Assembly (NCBI GenBank): GCA_019358915.1
Contig: JAHHIM010000041.1
Span: forward strand, 1 to 32,866
DNA from: Trichormus sp. ATA11-4-KO1
Lineage (GTDB): Bacteria > Cyanobacteriota > Cyanobacteriia > Cyanobacteriales > Nostocaceae
Reading direction: 5' to 3'
Length of the DNA: 32,866 nucleotides
Shown: positions 1 through 13,600 of the stretch, piece after piece
Numbering within the stretch: position 1 is the stretch's first letter
How the letters are laid out: each line of letters starts with the position of its first letter
The notes under the pieces: generated by a model
The model's input: the letters and a program-made list of their open reading frames with translations, nothing else
Told to the model about the DNA's origin: nothing
The model's database searches: none
Program-made: the position numbers and the translations under genes

Positions 1-689
1 TCTCTAAGTATCTTTCGATAAAAATGTGGGTTATATATCTTTTGCGTTTCGGTTTTTACTGTTGAATCCTTTTAATCGGCGCTTAATTTAACAATGTATC
101 AATTAATTTATCCTAAGTCTGGCTAATTCAGGTGTTTTTTCTCTCTTGTGAGAAATCCGGGTTATGTGGGAGTGACTGTGGGTTCGCAGACTATATGAAC
201 TAGCTAATATAAATCGGGATGAAATTCTTGTGACCAATATATCCTTGCCCCGCTCAATTTGCAGGTATTCAGCCTTCTGGAATGCATCGCGAGTTTTGGG
301 CAGGGAGTTGCTTCCCAGAAAATCATTAGGCAACTTTATGAAAAAAAGACATTTGAACTAGTTATTACTGAAATAGGTATCTAACCAACATTACGCGTAA
401 ATTCGCAGGAATAAACTTGAAAAAACGTGTATAAAGTTACAAGCGCTACTATTAAACCTGATTTAGTGGGGGTTGTTATTTGGGCTATAGCTACTGACCT
501 TTGTTTCAGCCCATAGAAAGCGATTATGGAGTGAGGAATGTAGGAAATAGTGGGTAAAAAAGTTGACAACTTTATTTTTTACTCCTTGTTTCTTATCCCC
601 ACCCCGTGTTTGAGAACTGTGACGCTTGGTTTGCCAAAGCGCTACACCACAGCCAAAACAAATATTCATGACTTTAACAGGAAAACATC

Positions 690-1421
690 ATGAGCCAAAG
701 CTTAATCACGCAAGAACTTGGGATAATCATTGCTGCTAAAAATCATAAACCAACAATACTTAATCCAGATTTTCTCAAGTATAGTGGCATAATTCCGACT
801 GATTGGGAATTGGCTCGTCAACCCATATATACTCAAAGCGTTTCCCAAGTTGCCTTCACTAATGGCGTAGCAATTATAGCTGAACCAACACGGGTAATGT
901 TCATAGAGGCAATTGAAGACAAAGCGACAAAAGAAATTGTAGTTGCAGACATTGCTAAAAAATATGTTGAAACCCTGCCTAACGTAGAATATGAAGCTGT
1001 AGGCATCAATCCTAGAGGCTATGTTTCATTTGAGAAACAGCAGGATGCACCCCGCCTATTCCTAGCTGAAACACTGTTGAATCGAGGTGCTTGGCAAGAA
1101 GTTGGAAATGCACCCATGCGAGCTACTGTCAACTTAGCTTACACTTTAGAACGTAGTTCCCTGTACTTAAGCATCAATGAAGCAGCATTGAGAAATCCAG
1201 ACGAAACCACCACTCCTATCGTCTTATTTAGTGGTAGCTTTAGCTACGAAGTAAGAAGCGAAAGTGTCTCTGAACGTAAAAATAACCTGCATCAAGCTCT
1301 TGATAACTGGCAAGCAGATTTAGAAACTTACCAAGAAATTATCAGCACTAAATTTCTTAGCAAAAATATTGAAGACACAACCGTAATTCCCAATGTATTT
1401 GCTATGAGTACTGCTGTCTAA
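690..1421 (+). CDS. Hypothetical protein (243 aa), likely co-transcribed partner of the giant gene
   Basis: 243-codon ORF with globular alpha/beta composition; AGGA at 679-682 before the ATG; N-terminal motif PTILNPDFLKYSGIIP..WEL that I recall from cyanobacterial hypothetical proteins; no signal peptide or TM segment visible; same strand as and 244 bp upstream of the giant ORF. Confidence 0.9.
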   Translation: MSQSLITQELGIIIAAKNHKPTILNPDFLKYSGIIPTDWELARQPIYTQSVSQVAFTNGVAIIAEPTRVMFIEAIEDKATKEIVVADIAKKYVETLPNVEYEAVGINPRGYVSFEKQQDAPRLFLAETLLNRGAWQEVGNAPMRATVNLAYTLERSSLYLSINEAALRNPDETTTPIVLFSGSFSYEVRSESVSERKNNLHQALDNWQADLETYQEIISTKFLSKNIEDTTVIPNVFAMSTAV

Positions 1422-1524
1422 ACATTACTACTGTTACTGAACTTTGAATCGCAATACTTTTTAGCTTGTGTTACACGCTAAAAAAAGGCATCAAGTTCTT
1501 ACCAATCTAGACTGTAAAGAAATT

Positions 1525-1553
1525 TCGGCGGAAGTGACTACGCTATCCGCCGA
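1525..1553 (+). other. GC-rich stem-loop in the intergenic region (possible terminator, attenuator or RNA-stability element)
   Basis: TCGGCGGA (1525-1532) pairs with TCCGCCGA (1546-1553); inner AGTG/CGCT can extend the stem; only a weak U-tail (TATTCT) follows. Confidence 0.45.
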
Positions 1554-1655
1554 TATTCTGCACGTATAAATCCTTTATATAACGAGCTTTTTAAAATTTA
1601 TAAAAAAGCCGAAAAAGCCCTATTTTATTAACACTTACTCTTTTTATAATCATTC

Positions 1656-1661
1656 AGAGGT
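1656..1661 (+). promoter_or_regulatory. Ribosome-binding site of the giant ORF
   Basis: AGAGGT, 4 nt before the ATG at 1666. Confidence 0.55.
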
Positions 1662-1665
1662 CTAT

Positions 1666-4600
1666 ATGTCAGGGATGAATGAGTTGTTCCCAAACTTCGA
1701 CTCACAGTTAATGAATGATGGGTCTATAATGCCTGTGATGGAAGACCCGTTTAAATTGAGTCAAGGAATGGAAATCTCTCCTAATAATCCCCCGACATTA
1801 CCTGTTGGGTCTCCCAGCACAGATATCATCGTAATTGATACTCCTAGTTCTTCGACTTATTTTGGAGAACAGCCATCTAACATAACTCCAGTTCCTCTAT
1901 TTTTTCAACCAAACTCAAGTGACACCCCAACTAATAGCTTTGACCTGATTACAGGTACTAAAAGTGATGATCAATTAGTTGGGTTCTTAAGTAAAGATGA
2001 GGTTATTTCTAGCTCCTTAAGTGTTACTTCTCAGGTAGGAGAAGATAATATTAATCAGCAGCAGCCTGACCAACTGAGCAGTATTACGAGTGTGCTTAGT
2101 GAGATAGACAATCACCAGAGCTTTCACCAACTGACACCGGAAATATTGGAAATATTCCGTCAAGAGGCGATCGCACGATGGGCGAGTCTGGGTATTACTC
2201 CAGGAGAGCAAGGTATTCTTCAACAAGTGCAACTGGCGATCGCCGACTTACCTGGTTATCAATTGGGTTGGACTCAGGGGTACGTTGTTACCATTGACAC
2301 CGATGCTGCTGGTGCAGGATGGTTTATAGATTTGACCCCTGCTGATGATGTAGAGTTTAGCAATATTGTTTCGGCAAGTGAATTGCATTCCATTGAAAGC
2401 GACCCCGCTTTTGGTCGTGTGGACTTGCTGACAGTCATCAATCACGAGTTTGGGCACATACTGGGTCTGGATCACTTAGATTCTCACCAAGTAATGAATC
2501 CGACATTACTAATAGGAACAAGACACCTACCCACGCAGGAAAGTTTAGAAGTTACCAGAGCAACTGAACCTGTAAATGCAGCACTAGAACTGAATTTACC
2601 GACAATTTCTGCTAGTAATGGCACAGTTACAGGCTATCTCAGTACAAATGATGTTATCAACCCTACCCGTAATGGCAGATACAGCGATGACTATCAGTTA
2701 ATTGATTTCACAGTTGGAAAACTGGTTACGCTCGATTTATCTTCTTCAAACTTTAATACCTACCTACAACTGATTAACGCAGATACAGGGCAAATCATCG
2801 CCTACGATGATGACTCTGGATATGGTGCTAATTCACTGCTCAGGTTTACTCCTGTTGATGGTATCAAATATATAGTGCGAACTACCAGTTACAGTAGTGG
2901 TGTTACAGGAACATACACCCTGATTGTGACAGTTGGTAGACCCGACTTGGTAGTCACAGATGCAACTGCACCTATAACTGCACCTGAACGCAGTACAATT
3001 TCCTTAACTTGGACTGTTACCAACCAGGGAGAAGCCGTAGCAACAAACAATTGGTATGATTACGTTTACTTGTCAGACAACACTGTCCTTGATAGCTCAG
3101 ACCGCTATATGGGCAATTTATGGAATGGTGATAAAATTCCACTAGCCCTTGGTGCCAGTTATACAGCCTCTACAAACATGGCACTACCAGAACGAGTAGG
3201 AGCAGGAAAACAGTACTTGCTATTTGTTGCTGACCGGGATAATTACCTAGTTGAAGAGAGTGAAACCAACAATGTCCGAGCAGTTCCCATCGAAATCACT
3301 GTACCGGATTTAGTGGTAACAGAAGCAACAGCACCCGTTGCCGTCACAGTAGGTAGTAGTGCGGAAATTTCTTGGACGGTACTCAACCAGGGTAGCGTGC
3401 AGGCTACTCATCGCTGGTACGATCGCATTTACATCTCCAATGACCAAACTTTCGATGGGTCGGATACACAGGTTGGTGGATTTGATTCAGGTATACCAGG
3501 TACACCCCTGGGCGCAGGAGATACTTATACCCTAACCAAGACTGTTACTATCCCCAAGACTGCTTTGGGTAGTCGTTATCTGCTATTTGTCGCCGATGCA
3601 AATAACAATCAATACGAAACTAACGAAACCAACAATATCAAGGCAATTCCAGTCCAAGTTAACGCTCCCGACCTAATTGTCTCTGATGCTTCTGCACCCA
3701 CCACCGTGGCATTAGGTGAACAAATTACCGTTAACTGGCAGGTAACAAACCAAGGAAATGTAACTGCTGATGCTGATTGGTATGACTATTTTTACCTTTC
3801 TGATGACCAAATTCTAGATGGTTCAGATGATTATATTACCTATAAGTGGACAGGAGACAAAACACCTTTAGCTAGTAATACCAGCTACACTACTACCCAT
3901 AACATTACCATCCCCACCTATGCCAAAGCGGGCAACCGTTACTTACTATTTGTTGCTGACCGTGATAATTACCAAGGTGAAACTAACGAAAACAACAATG
4001 TTTACTCAATCCCCATCAATATCAATGCGCCGGATCTGTCCATTTCAAATCCCCAAGCCCCCAAGACTGCTAACCCCGGAGATAGTATAGATGTTTCTTG
4101 GACAGTCAAAAACATTGGCGATATAACCACTAATAATGGATGGTATGACCACGTTTACTTATCTTACGACTCAGTTTATGACTATTCAGATACCTATCTA
4201 ATTAAACATTACAACTCAATAAATTTAATTCAAGATCATAGCTACAACATAACCGAGAGCGTGACATTGCCTAGTGATGGGATAGGTAGCCCCGGAAGGC
4301 GCTATCTATTGTTTATTACTGATATTTATAATTACCAAAAAGAAACCAACGAAGATAATAACGTTGTAGCCATACCCATCACTCTCAATGGAGAGAATGC
4401 AGATTTAGCTATCTCAGCAGTGACAGCACCAACCCAAGCTGTAGTTGGTCAAAAAATCCCCATAGAGTTGACTGTTACTAACCAGGGAAGCTTAACAACT
4501 TCTAGTTATTACTGGTACGACTATGTCTACTTGTCGAATAAACCAACTTTAGATGATTCGGCTGTCTATTTAGATAGTATTTATTCAGCGTACTACAACT

Positions 4601-7600
4601 CGTACCAACCTCTAGCACCAGGAGCTAATTACACTGTTAAACAGGATATTAACTTACCCAGCAATATCTATGGTCATCAATACCTGTTATTTGTAGCAGA
4701 AGGAGATAACTACTTAGACGATGCAGATAGGTCTAACAATGTCAAAGCAGTACCTATCAAGATTGATGCTCCAGACCTAGTAATTTCTAATGCTACTACC
4801 CCTGCTCAGGGTGATGCGGGAGCGCAAATAGAAGTAAGTTGGACGGTGCAAAACCAAGGCAACGGTAGTGCATTCCCACCCCAGGGATACTACTACTACG
4901 CATATTTGTTTGATTCTGTATATTTGTCGGATGATAATACGCTGGATATCTCCAAAGATACTTTACTCAAAGATGTAAAAACAGAAAAACTGCTGCCGTT
5001 AGATAGTGGCAACTCTTACACAGTAACGCAACTGCTTTCAGTACCCAATAACGTTACAAAGGGCAACAAATATTTGCTATTTGTGGCAGACCGACAGAAT
5101 CGACTGAGTGAATTGAATGAGAACAACAACGTCAAAGCAATTCCCTTCAGCATTGTTGACCCCGACCCCAATCTGCCTCTACTACAAACGGGTAGCCCAG
5201 TCCAAAACCAAAATAGTCCCCAATTCGTTACTAACCCCAATACTGCTACTTACACTCCCCTTGCTGGTAGTTCAGCAACCGGACTTTTAGGTCAATATTA
5301 CGTCCTTGGAGGCAATGTCACTACCTTCCCAGACTTTAGTACTTTGCAACCTACATACACCAAGGTTGACCCACAGGTAAACTTCGACTTTGAAGGTGAC
5401 AGTTTTGCTGGTATTCCTGGTTTAACAAATAATTTTGCAGCCCGTTGGACTGGAAAAATTAATATTGCCACGGCAGAGGATGTAACTTTTTATCTTAGTA
5501 AAGATTATTATACCAACAGTGGTAATCGTCTTTACATTGATGGGCAGTTAGTGATTGATAATCAGGGATATTACCAGCAGGAAGCCTCTAAAACAATTAA
5601 CCTGACCCCAGGCGAACATGACCTGTACCTAGAATTTTTTAATAACATCCACTACTACGGTGGGGTAAGTCTCAGTTATGCCCCTATGGGAAGCAACAAG
5701 CAGGTGATTCCCAGCAGTATTTTGACACCAACAGCCGTGACACCGCCCGCCAACTTACCTGACTTAAAAATTAGCAATGTCGCAGCACCATCCTTGATTG
5801 CTCCCGGACAAACTATCAGCACTACTTGGATTGTCACCAACCAAAGCAGCAACAGTACCCAGAGTAACTGGTACGACAAAGTTTATCTTTCAGATGACAC
5901 TACCTTTGACAGCAAAGACACCTTTTTCGCTGGTTTTGATGGACGTACTAATTCACCTTTGGTAGCTGGTGATAACTATATTCAAACCCAGAACATCAAT
6001 ATTCCCACCAATATTGAGTTGGGAAATAAGTATTTATTATTTGTCACTAATCCAGATAATACTGAGATCGAGAGCGATCGCACTAATAATGCCTACGCTT
6101 TACCCGTGACGATCACAAACCCAGACCTAATTGTCACAGAGGCAACAGCTCCAGCGACCGCAGCTGACCGCGAGCAGATTACGGTGAGTTGGACAGTGAA
6201 AAACCAAGGAAATGTACCAACTAATGCATACAACTGGTATGACTCTGTTTACCTTTCTGACAACACCGTTTTCGATAGTTCAGACCGCTACATGGGCAAC
6301 CTTTGGGTTAGCGACAATCTGGCAACAGGAGAAACTTACGACAAGAGTGAGAATTTTACCTTACCAGAACGTACTGGGTCAGGGAAATGGTACCTTCTGG
6401 TAATTACTAATACAAGTAACTATCAAGCAGAAACAAGTGATACGAACAACGTCTATGCCATCCCTATTGAGATTACAGTTCCCGACTTGACAATTACCAC
6501 CAGCAGCACTCCCACAACAGCAGCAGTTGGTGAAACAGTTTCAGTGTCCTGGACAGTAAAAAACCTGGGAGATGTATCAGCCGCCGCCGACCGATATGAC
6601 TCTGTTTATCTCTCTAATGACCCAAATTTTGAGGCAACAGACACCTACGTTACAGATTTTTACCGTAGTGGTTCTTCACCCTTAGCAGCAGGAGCTAGCG
6701 AAGTTCGCACAGGAAATATTATAATTCCCCATTCTCAACTAGGCGATCGCTACCTGCTATTTGTAGGCGATCGTACTAATTCTCAAAGCGAAACTGACGA
6801 AACTAACAATATTTGGGCAACTCCCATCACCATTACTGCCCCCGATTTAATAGTATCTGATGTTACAGTTCCAATTGCAGCTGAACTAGGTGAAACTGTA
6901 TCAGTTTCTTGGACAGTTACTAACCTTGGGGATGTTGTCGCCCTGAGGGATTGGTACGACAGAATATATCTTTCTGATGATTTGATTTTTGATAACTCAG
7001 ACCAATATGTTACTCAAAAATGGATATCTAATCAAACTCCATTAGCAGCCTTTTCTAGCTATCAAATTATACAAAATGTGAGTCTTCCCACTTATACCAA
7101 AGTTGGGAATCGATACCTATTATTCATTACTGATCACAGCAATTACCAAGGTGAAACAAACGAAAAAAACAACATCAAGGCAGTTCCCATCTACATTAAA
7201 GCTGCGGATTTAGTAGTAACTGATGCTAGTACTTCAACCAATACTGTAACTCCTGGTTCTACCCTTGAGCTTGCGTACACCGTAAAAAATCAAGGGGAAA
7301 CTGCCACAGTAAATAATAGTGGCAGGTGGTGGTGGGACAAAGGTGGATGGTATGACCGCATTTATTTATCTTATGATCAAGTTTACGACGGAGCAGATAC
7401 AGAACTAGCAAATCGCTGGATTTCCCCAACCCCTATATTAGCGGCTGATGGCATCTACACATTCAGCAACATTAGTGTTACCCTGCCTAACAATACAATA
7501 GGTCAACCCGGCAGTCGTTACTTGCTTTTCATAGCAGATAAGGACAACTATCAAAGCGAAACCAACGAAAGCAACAACGTCAAAGCAATTCCCATCACCA

Positions 7601-10600
7601 TTACAGGTGATAATGCTGACTTAGAAGTAACAGCAGCAACAGCCCCCAGTGTGGTGACAACGCAACAAACAGTATCAATTTCCTGGACAGTTAAAAATAC
7701 AGGCGCGTTAACAGCATCAGCAGACTGGTACGACTCTGTTTACATATCTAATGATACTACTTTGGATGCTAGCGACACCAAACTTCGAGATCAATGGGTG
7801 TCGTCGCCAACACCTTTGGCAGCTAACGGGCAGTACAACCTTACTAGTGATAGTACAATTCCCCAAGGAAGAACAGGTAATCAGTATTTGCTGTTTGTCG
7901 CTGATAGTTATAATTACCAAGGCGAACTTAATCAGCTCAACAATGTTCGTGCTGTCCCAATAACAGTCCAAGCCCCAGACTTAGTAGTCACTGATGCTAC
8001 AGCCCCAGTAAAAACTTATCCTGGCACGCAGATAGAAGTAAGCTGGACTATTAAGAACCAAGGAAATACCAGCGCTCATGCCGACTGGTACGATCGCATC
8101 TATCTGTCAGATGATGCAACTTTAAATACTAGTCAAGATACCCTGCTCAAAGAAGTATGGACAGGCAACTTAACTCCTTTAAAAATTGGGGACAACTATA
8201 GTGTTAGCCAGTTATTAACATTGCCCAGCACTACCCCCATTGGCAGTCGCTATTTGCTGTTTGTTGCAGATGCTAACCGTGCTCAAGGTGAAAGCGATGA
8301 CAATAATAATATTAAGGCGATCCCCATTACCATTGGTGATAACGACCCAGACTTGATAGTCACTACCGCCACCGCTTCTTCTACAGCCGTCTTGGGAGAG
8401 ACTATTACAGTCAACTGGACTGTATTAAACCAAGGCAACATAGAAGCTTCAACGGATTGGTACGACACAATTTACCTGTCAGATGACGAGACGTTGGATA
8501 ACAGTGATGTGGCTGTCTCTTCCCAAAGCGTTGCTGACAAGATACCACTAGCTGTAAATGCTACCTACAACTTTAACCGTAACATTACCATTCCCAACAC
8601 GACAACTGGGAATCGCTACTTGCTATTTGTCGCTGATGCAGGCAAGCAACAAAGCGAAAGAGACGAAACTAATAACGTCCGGGCAGTCCCAATTACCCTC
8701 ACTGCACCGGATTTAGTCGTTAGTGATGCCAGCAGTACTGTTGAGACAGCCACGTGGGGCGAAACAATCCAAGTGTTTTGGACAGTAACCAACACTCAAA
8801 CAGTTACTGCGGCTGCCAATTGGAGTGACCAAATTTATCTCTCGGATGACACTATCTTAGATGGCACTGATAAGTTTGTTGCTACCTTTAGTGCAGCTTC
8901 TCATGCGCCATTAGCTGGCAACAGCAGCTATACCCAAACCAATAAGAGTATTATTATCCCAACTAATTCGGGAACTGGGAGTAAATACCTGCTATTTGTG
9001 ACAGATGCTAACGATGCCCAAGGTGAGACCGATAACAACAATAATGTTAAGGCGATACCTTTTGAGGTTCAATCACCCAATCTGCAAGTCACTGACATTA
9101 ACGCTCCCACAACAGCAACATGGAGGGAAAGCATTAATGTCTCTTGGATGGTAACTAATCAGGGTACTGGTGCAGCCTTAGCAGATTGGTGGGACTACGT
9201 ATATCTCTCTAGTAATCCTACCCTAGACAGTAGTGATACTTACTTAGGCAATTTATCAGCAGCGAATCAAAGTCCCTTAGCATCTGGTAGTAGCTACACC
9301 CAAAGCCGTAATGTTACTATCCCATCTGTTACTCCAGGAACCTGGTATTTGTTATTTGCCACTGACAACAACGGCAACCAACAGGCAGAGAGTAATGAAA
9401 CAGACAACGTGGGTGCTATTGCTTTGGAAGTCAAAGCTCCTGATTTGGTTATCTCTGCTGTCACGGCTCCTACCTCTAGTATTTTGGGCGCGACGATTCC
9501 CGTTAGCTGGACTGTAACTAACCAGGGTACTGGCGCAGCTTTAGCAGATTGGTGGGACTACGTTTACCTGTCAGCAAACCCGACCTTAGATGGAAATGAC
9601 ACCTTCCTGGGCAACTTATGGACAGGACGTGAGACCCCATTGGCAGCAGGAGCTAGTTATACAGTAGGTCGTAATGTAACGATTCCCAATGTGGCAGAGG
9701 GAACTTGGTATTTATTATTTGCAGCAGACCGAGATAATTACCAATCTGAGACAGATAACAATAATAATGTCAAAGCAGTCACCATTGAACTGGGTGCGCC
9801 GGATATTGAATTAACTGCTGCCACTGCTCCTACAACTGCTAGCGCCCTGGAAACTATTCAGGTCGGCTGGACGGTTACTAACATCGGGAATATTGTAGCT
9901 CCAGCAGATTGGTCTGATTATATTTACCTGTCGGATGATGCAACTTTTGATGGCAACGATATTCAACTAGGCTATCTATCAGCAGCCGATAAAACACCCC
10001 TGAGTGCTGGTACTAGTTATACTCAAACTTTGAATGTCACGATTCCTGGTACAGTAAGAGGCAACAAGTACCTGCTGTTTGTTGCCGATCGCCACAATAT
10101 TCAAGGCGAAAGTAACGAAAGCAACAATGTACGTACATTGCAGCTGACAGTCAATGCTCCCGACTTAATTGTCTTTGACGCTACCGCCCCAAATCGCGCT
10201 ATTTTGGGCGAAACTATTGACGTTTCTTGGACAGTCACTAACTCCGGCAGTGGCTCGGCTTTTACTAAATGGTACGATAGCATTTACTTCAGCGATGACA
10301 CAAACTTTGATGCCTCAGATACCTATGTTGCTGACTTCTGGACAGCAGAAAAGACGCCATTAGCACCGGGAGCCAGCTACAATCTTGCCAAAAAAATTAC
10401 TGTTCCCAACACTGCTACGGGCAACCGTTACCTACTGTTTGTCGCTGACCGCACCAATAACCAAGGCGAAACCAACGAGAACAACAATGTACAAGCGATC
10501 GCCATTACTCTAGGTTCCCTTGACCTGATACCCACAATCACCTCATCTCCCGCTATAGCCACATCTGGCACAACCGTATCCTTAGAATGGACAGTAAACA

Positions 10601-13600
10601 ACGCAGGTTCAGCAGCAGCAACGGGCAACTGGGTTGACCGCATATATTTATCAACAGACAATAAATTTGATACCAGCGATTTATTGCTCAAAGAACGCCA
10701 TTTTGATGGTTCGCTCTCCTCAGGTAGCAGCTATCAAGCTCAAGTTGACCTCGACCTGCCCATAAACGTAAACGGCAGTTATTATTTATTGGTAGCCACC
10801 GATGCCAATCAACAAGTAATTGAACTTAATCGAGAGGAAAATAACATTGCTGCCTCTTTGATTAATATCGAACTAGCTCCATACGCAGATTTAGCTATCT
10901 CCAATGTCACTGCACCTACATTAACCATCGGCGACCCAGCACAGGTAACGATTGACTGGACAGTAACTAATATTGGCACTGGTATTGGTAATACTAACAC
11001 ATGGGTTGACCGGATTATTGCCTCAAAAGACAGCATAATCGGTAATAGTGATGACATTGTACTAGCTAGTTTCTCCAACCCTAAAGCTCTGAATGTCAGT
11101 GAAAATTATACCCGCTCTGAAAAACTGCGACTTTCACCCGGTTTCCAGGGACAATATCAGCTATTCGTCCAAACTGATGCCACAGGAGTCGTATTCGAGA
11201 ACAACTTAGAGGCAAATAATACCATCGCTGCTGATCATACCTTCAGCGTTGTTTCCATTCCCTACGCAGACTTAGTTGTTGACGCAGTACAAGTGCAAGA
11301 AACCGCCAGCAGTGGACAAAAAATGCAGGTTTCTTGGACAGTTGCCAACAATGGCATTGGTATAACCAACACCAATTCTTGGAGCGATCGCGTTTCCTTA
11401 GCAACCGACCCAGAAGGTAAAAATATCATTGCTAATTTAGGCAGCTTTGAACTCTTAGGCGCATTGGCAGTTGGTGGCACTTACAATCGTTCTGTAGATG
11501 TCACCCTCCCCAATGGTCTAACTGGAACTTATTATTTAGTCGTTACCACAGGCGGCCCGTTTGAATTTATTTACACCCACAACAACAGCCGCGTCTCCAA
11601 TGCCGTTTCTGTGACTCTCACTCCACCTCCCGACCTAGTTGTAACTAATGTCACCTCTCCCACCACAACAGTACAATCAGGCAGCAAGATTGATGTTTCA
11701 TGGAGTGTGGAAAACTCTGGTACGGGTAATGCAACGGGTACATGGGTTGATAGTATATTTATCCGAGAAGTGGGTAACGTCAATGGTCAATTAATTTCGC
11801 TGGGTAATTTTACTTTCGGTAACGGTCTCCAGGCTGGTAAATCTTATACTCGCTCCGAACAATTTTTCCTGCCTTCCACCCTCCAAGGTTTGTACGAAAT
11901 TGTCGCCAAAACCAACGCCAGTAATTCCTTGTACGAACATGGTGCTACTGGGAACAACACTATTACAGCTACCAACCCTATACTCCTTAGCCTCGCTCCC
12001 CGTCCCGATTTGCAAGTCAAGGAAATTATTGCCCCCACAACCGCCAACGCTGGTGGCACAATCTCCCTAGAATTTATTGTGGCCAATGAGGGCACCATTG
12101 GAACCACCACCCCCAATTGGCAAGACCGAGTTTATTTGTCGCTAGATGACAAAATTAGCCATGATGACTTGTCCTTGGGCAGTTTTAGTAATGCCGCCGC
12201 CTTGGGATCTCTTGAAAGTTACCGCACCCAGGCTAATACCTTGGTGATTCCCAAATACTTCCGGGGTGAAGCCTATCTAATTGTCCAAACAGATGCGGCT
12301 GGGCAAGTTGACGAATATCCTCAAGAATCTAACAACCAAAAGGCAGTCAAATTAAATATCAATTCATTACCACCTGCTGACCTGGTTACTAGTAATGTAG
12401 TTGCTCCCACTCAAGCATTTGCAGGTTCTCAGATTAAAGTTCGCTACACCGTCACAAATCTTGGTATCGGTGAAACCGATCGCGATCGCTGGACTGATAC
12501 CATCTGGTTAACTCGCGACAAAAATCGACCATCCCCAGCCAATAGAGAAGGAAGTGCAGAAGATATTCTGTTGACCAGTATTGGACACAACGGTAGTTTG
12601 AAAGTTGGCGAGAAATATGAAGCTGAAGTTGATGTTACCGTCCCAGGTCAAGTCACCGGCGAGTGGTACATTACGGCTTGGTCGGATGCGTACAATGTTG
12701 TTTTAGAAGATACCCTTGATATCAATGCCAACCCAGATGACCCCACAGAACTGGACAACAACAACTATAAGGCTCGGCCAATTACCATCCTGCTGACACC
12801 GCCACCGGATTTGGTAGTCACATCAGTCACACCAACAACACAAGGATTAGGTGGACAACCGTTTAGCGTTACCTGGACAGTACAAAACCAAGGTGCTAAT
12901 GGTACAGCACAAAGTAATTGGGTTGACTATGTTTACCTATCTGATAGCCCCACACTCAACGCACCAGAAGCCAAACAGTGGTTTTTGGGTAGTGTTGGAC
13001 ATTCTGGCAGTTTGGGAGTAAATGAAACCTACACTCTTAAACTTGATACGGTTCTTGCACCAGGTGCTAGCGGTCGCTACATTATCGTCCAGACTAACCC
13101 TAATGGCAGCGTTTGGGAAGGCCCTTATACGAACAACAATTTGCTTACAGCAAACACGAATGTTACCAGCACGCCAGCCGACTTAACTGTGACAAATGTC
13201 AAAATTCTCCCTCAGAACTTCTCTGGAGAACGCACCACAGTTGAGTGGACGGTGCAGAATGTTGGTAGTGATATTTGGTCGGGAACACGCTACTGGTATG
13301 ACGAAATCTGGGTTTCCCCCGACCCCACTTTTATTCTCAGTCGAGCTACTAAAGTTGGATTTGTTCCCTACAGTTCCCAGCAATCTTTACGTACAGGCGA
13401 CAGCTATACTCAAAGGCAAGATATTACCTTACCTGCGGGAATTGATGGCGAGTACTATATTTACGTTAGTACGGATTACAGCTACAACTATGATACTAGG
13501 AAATTCCGAGGTGAAATTCCCCGCAGTGGTGATAACAATTCCTATCGGCAAAGCTTTGAATATCGTGTTTATGAAGACCCAGGTAATAATTTAGGCAGTA

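Noticed and set aside
427..440. GTG-N8-TAC, an NtcA-like site
   Set aside because: Non-canonical half-site and no TAN3T box about 22 nt downstream.
103..669. Three short minus-strand ORFs (62-76 aa) upstream of the first gene
   Set aside because: No recognisable motifs, two overlap each other and the composition looks random; treated as intergenic.
1645..1650. TATAAT just upstream of the giant ORF
   Set aside because: No -35 element, AT-rich context, and the implied start site would fall inside the RBS.
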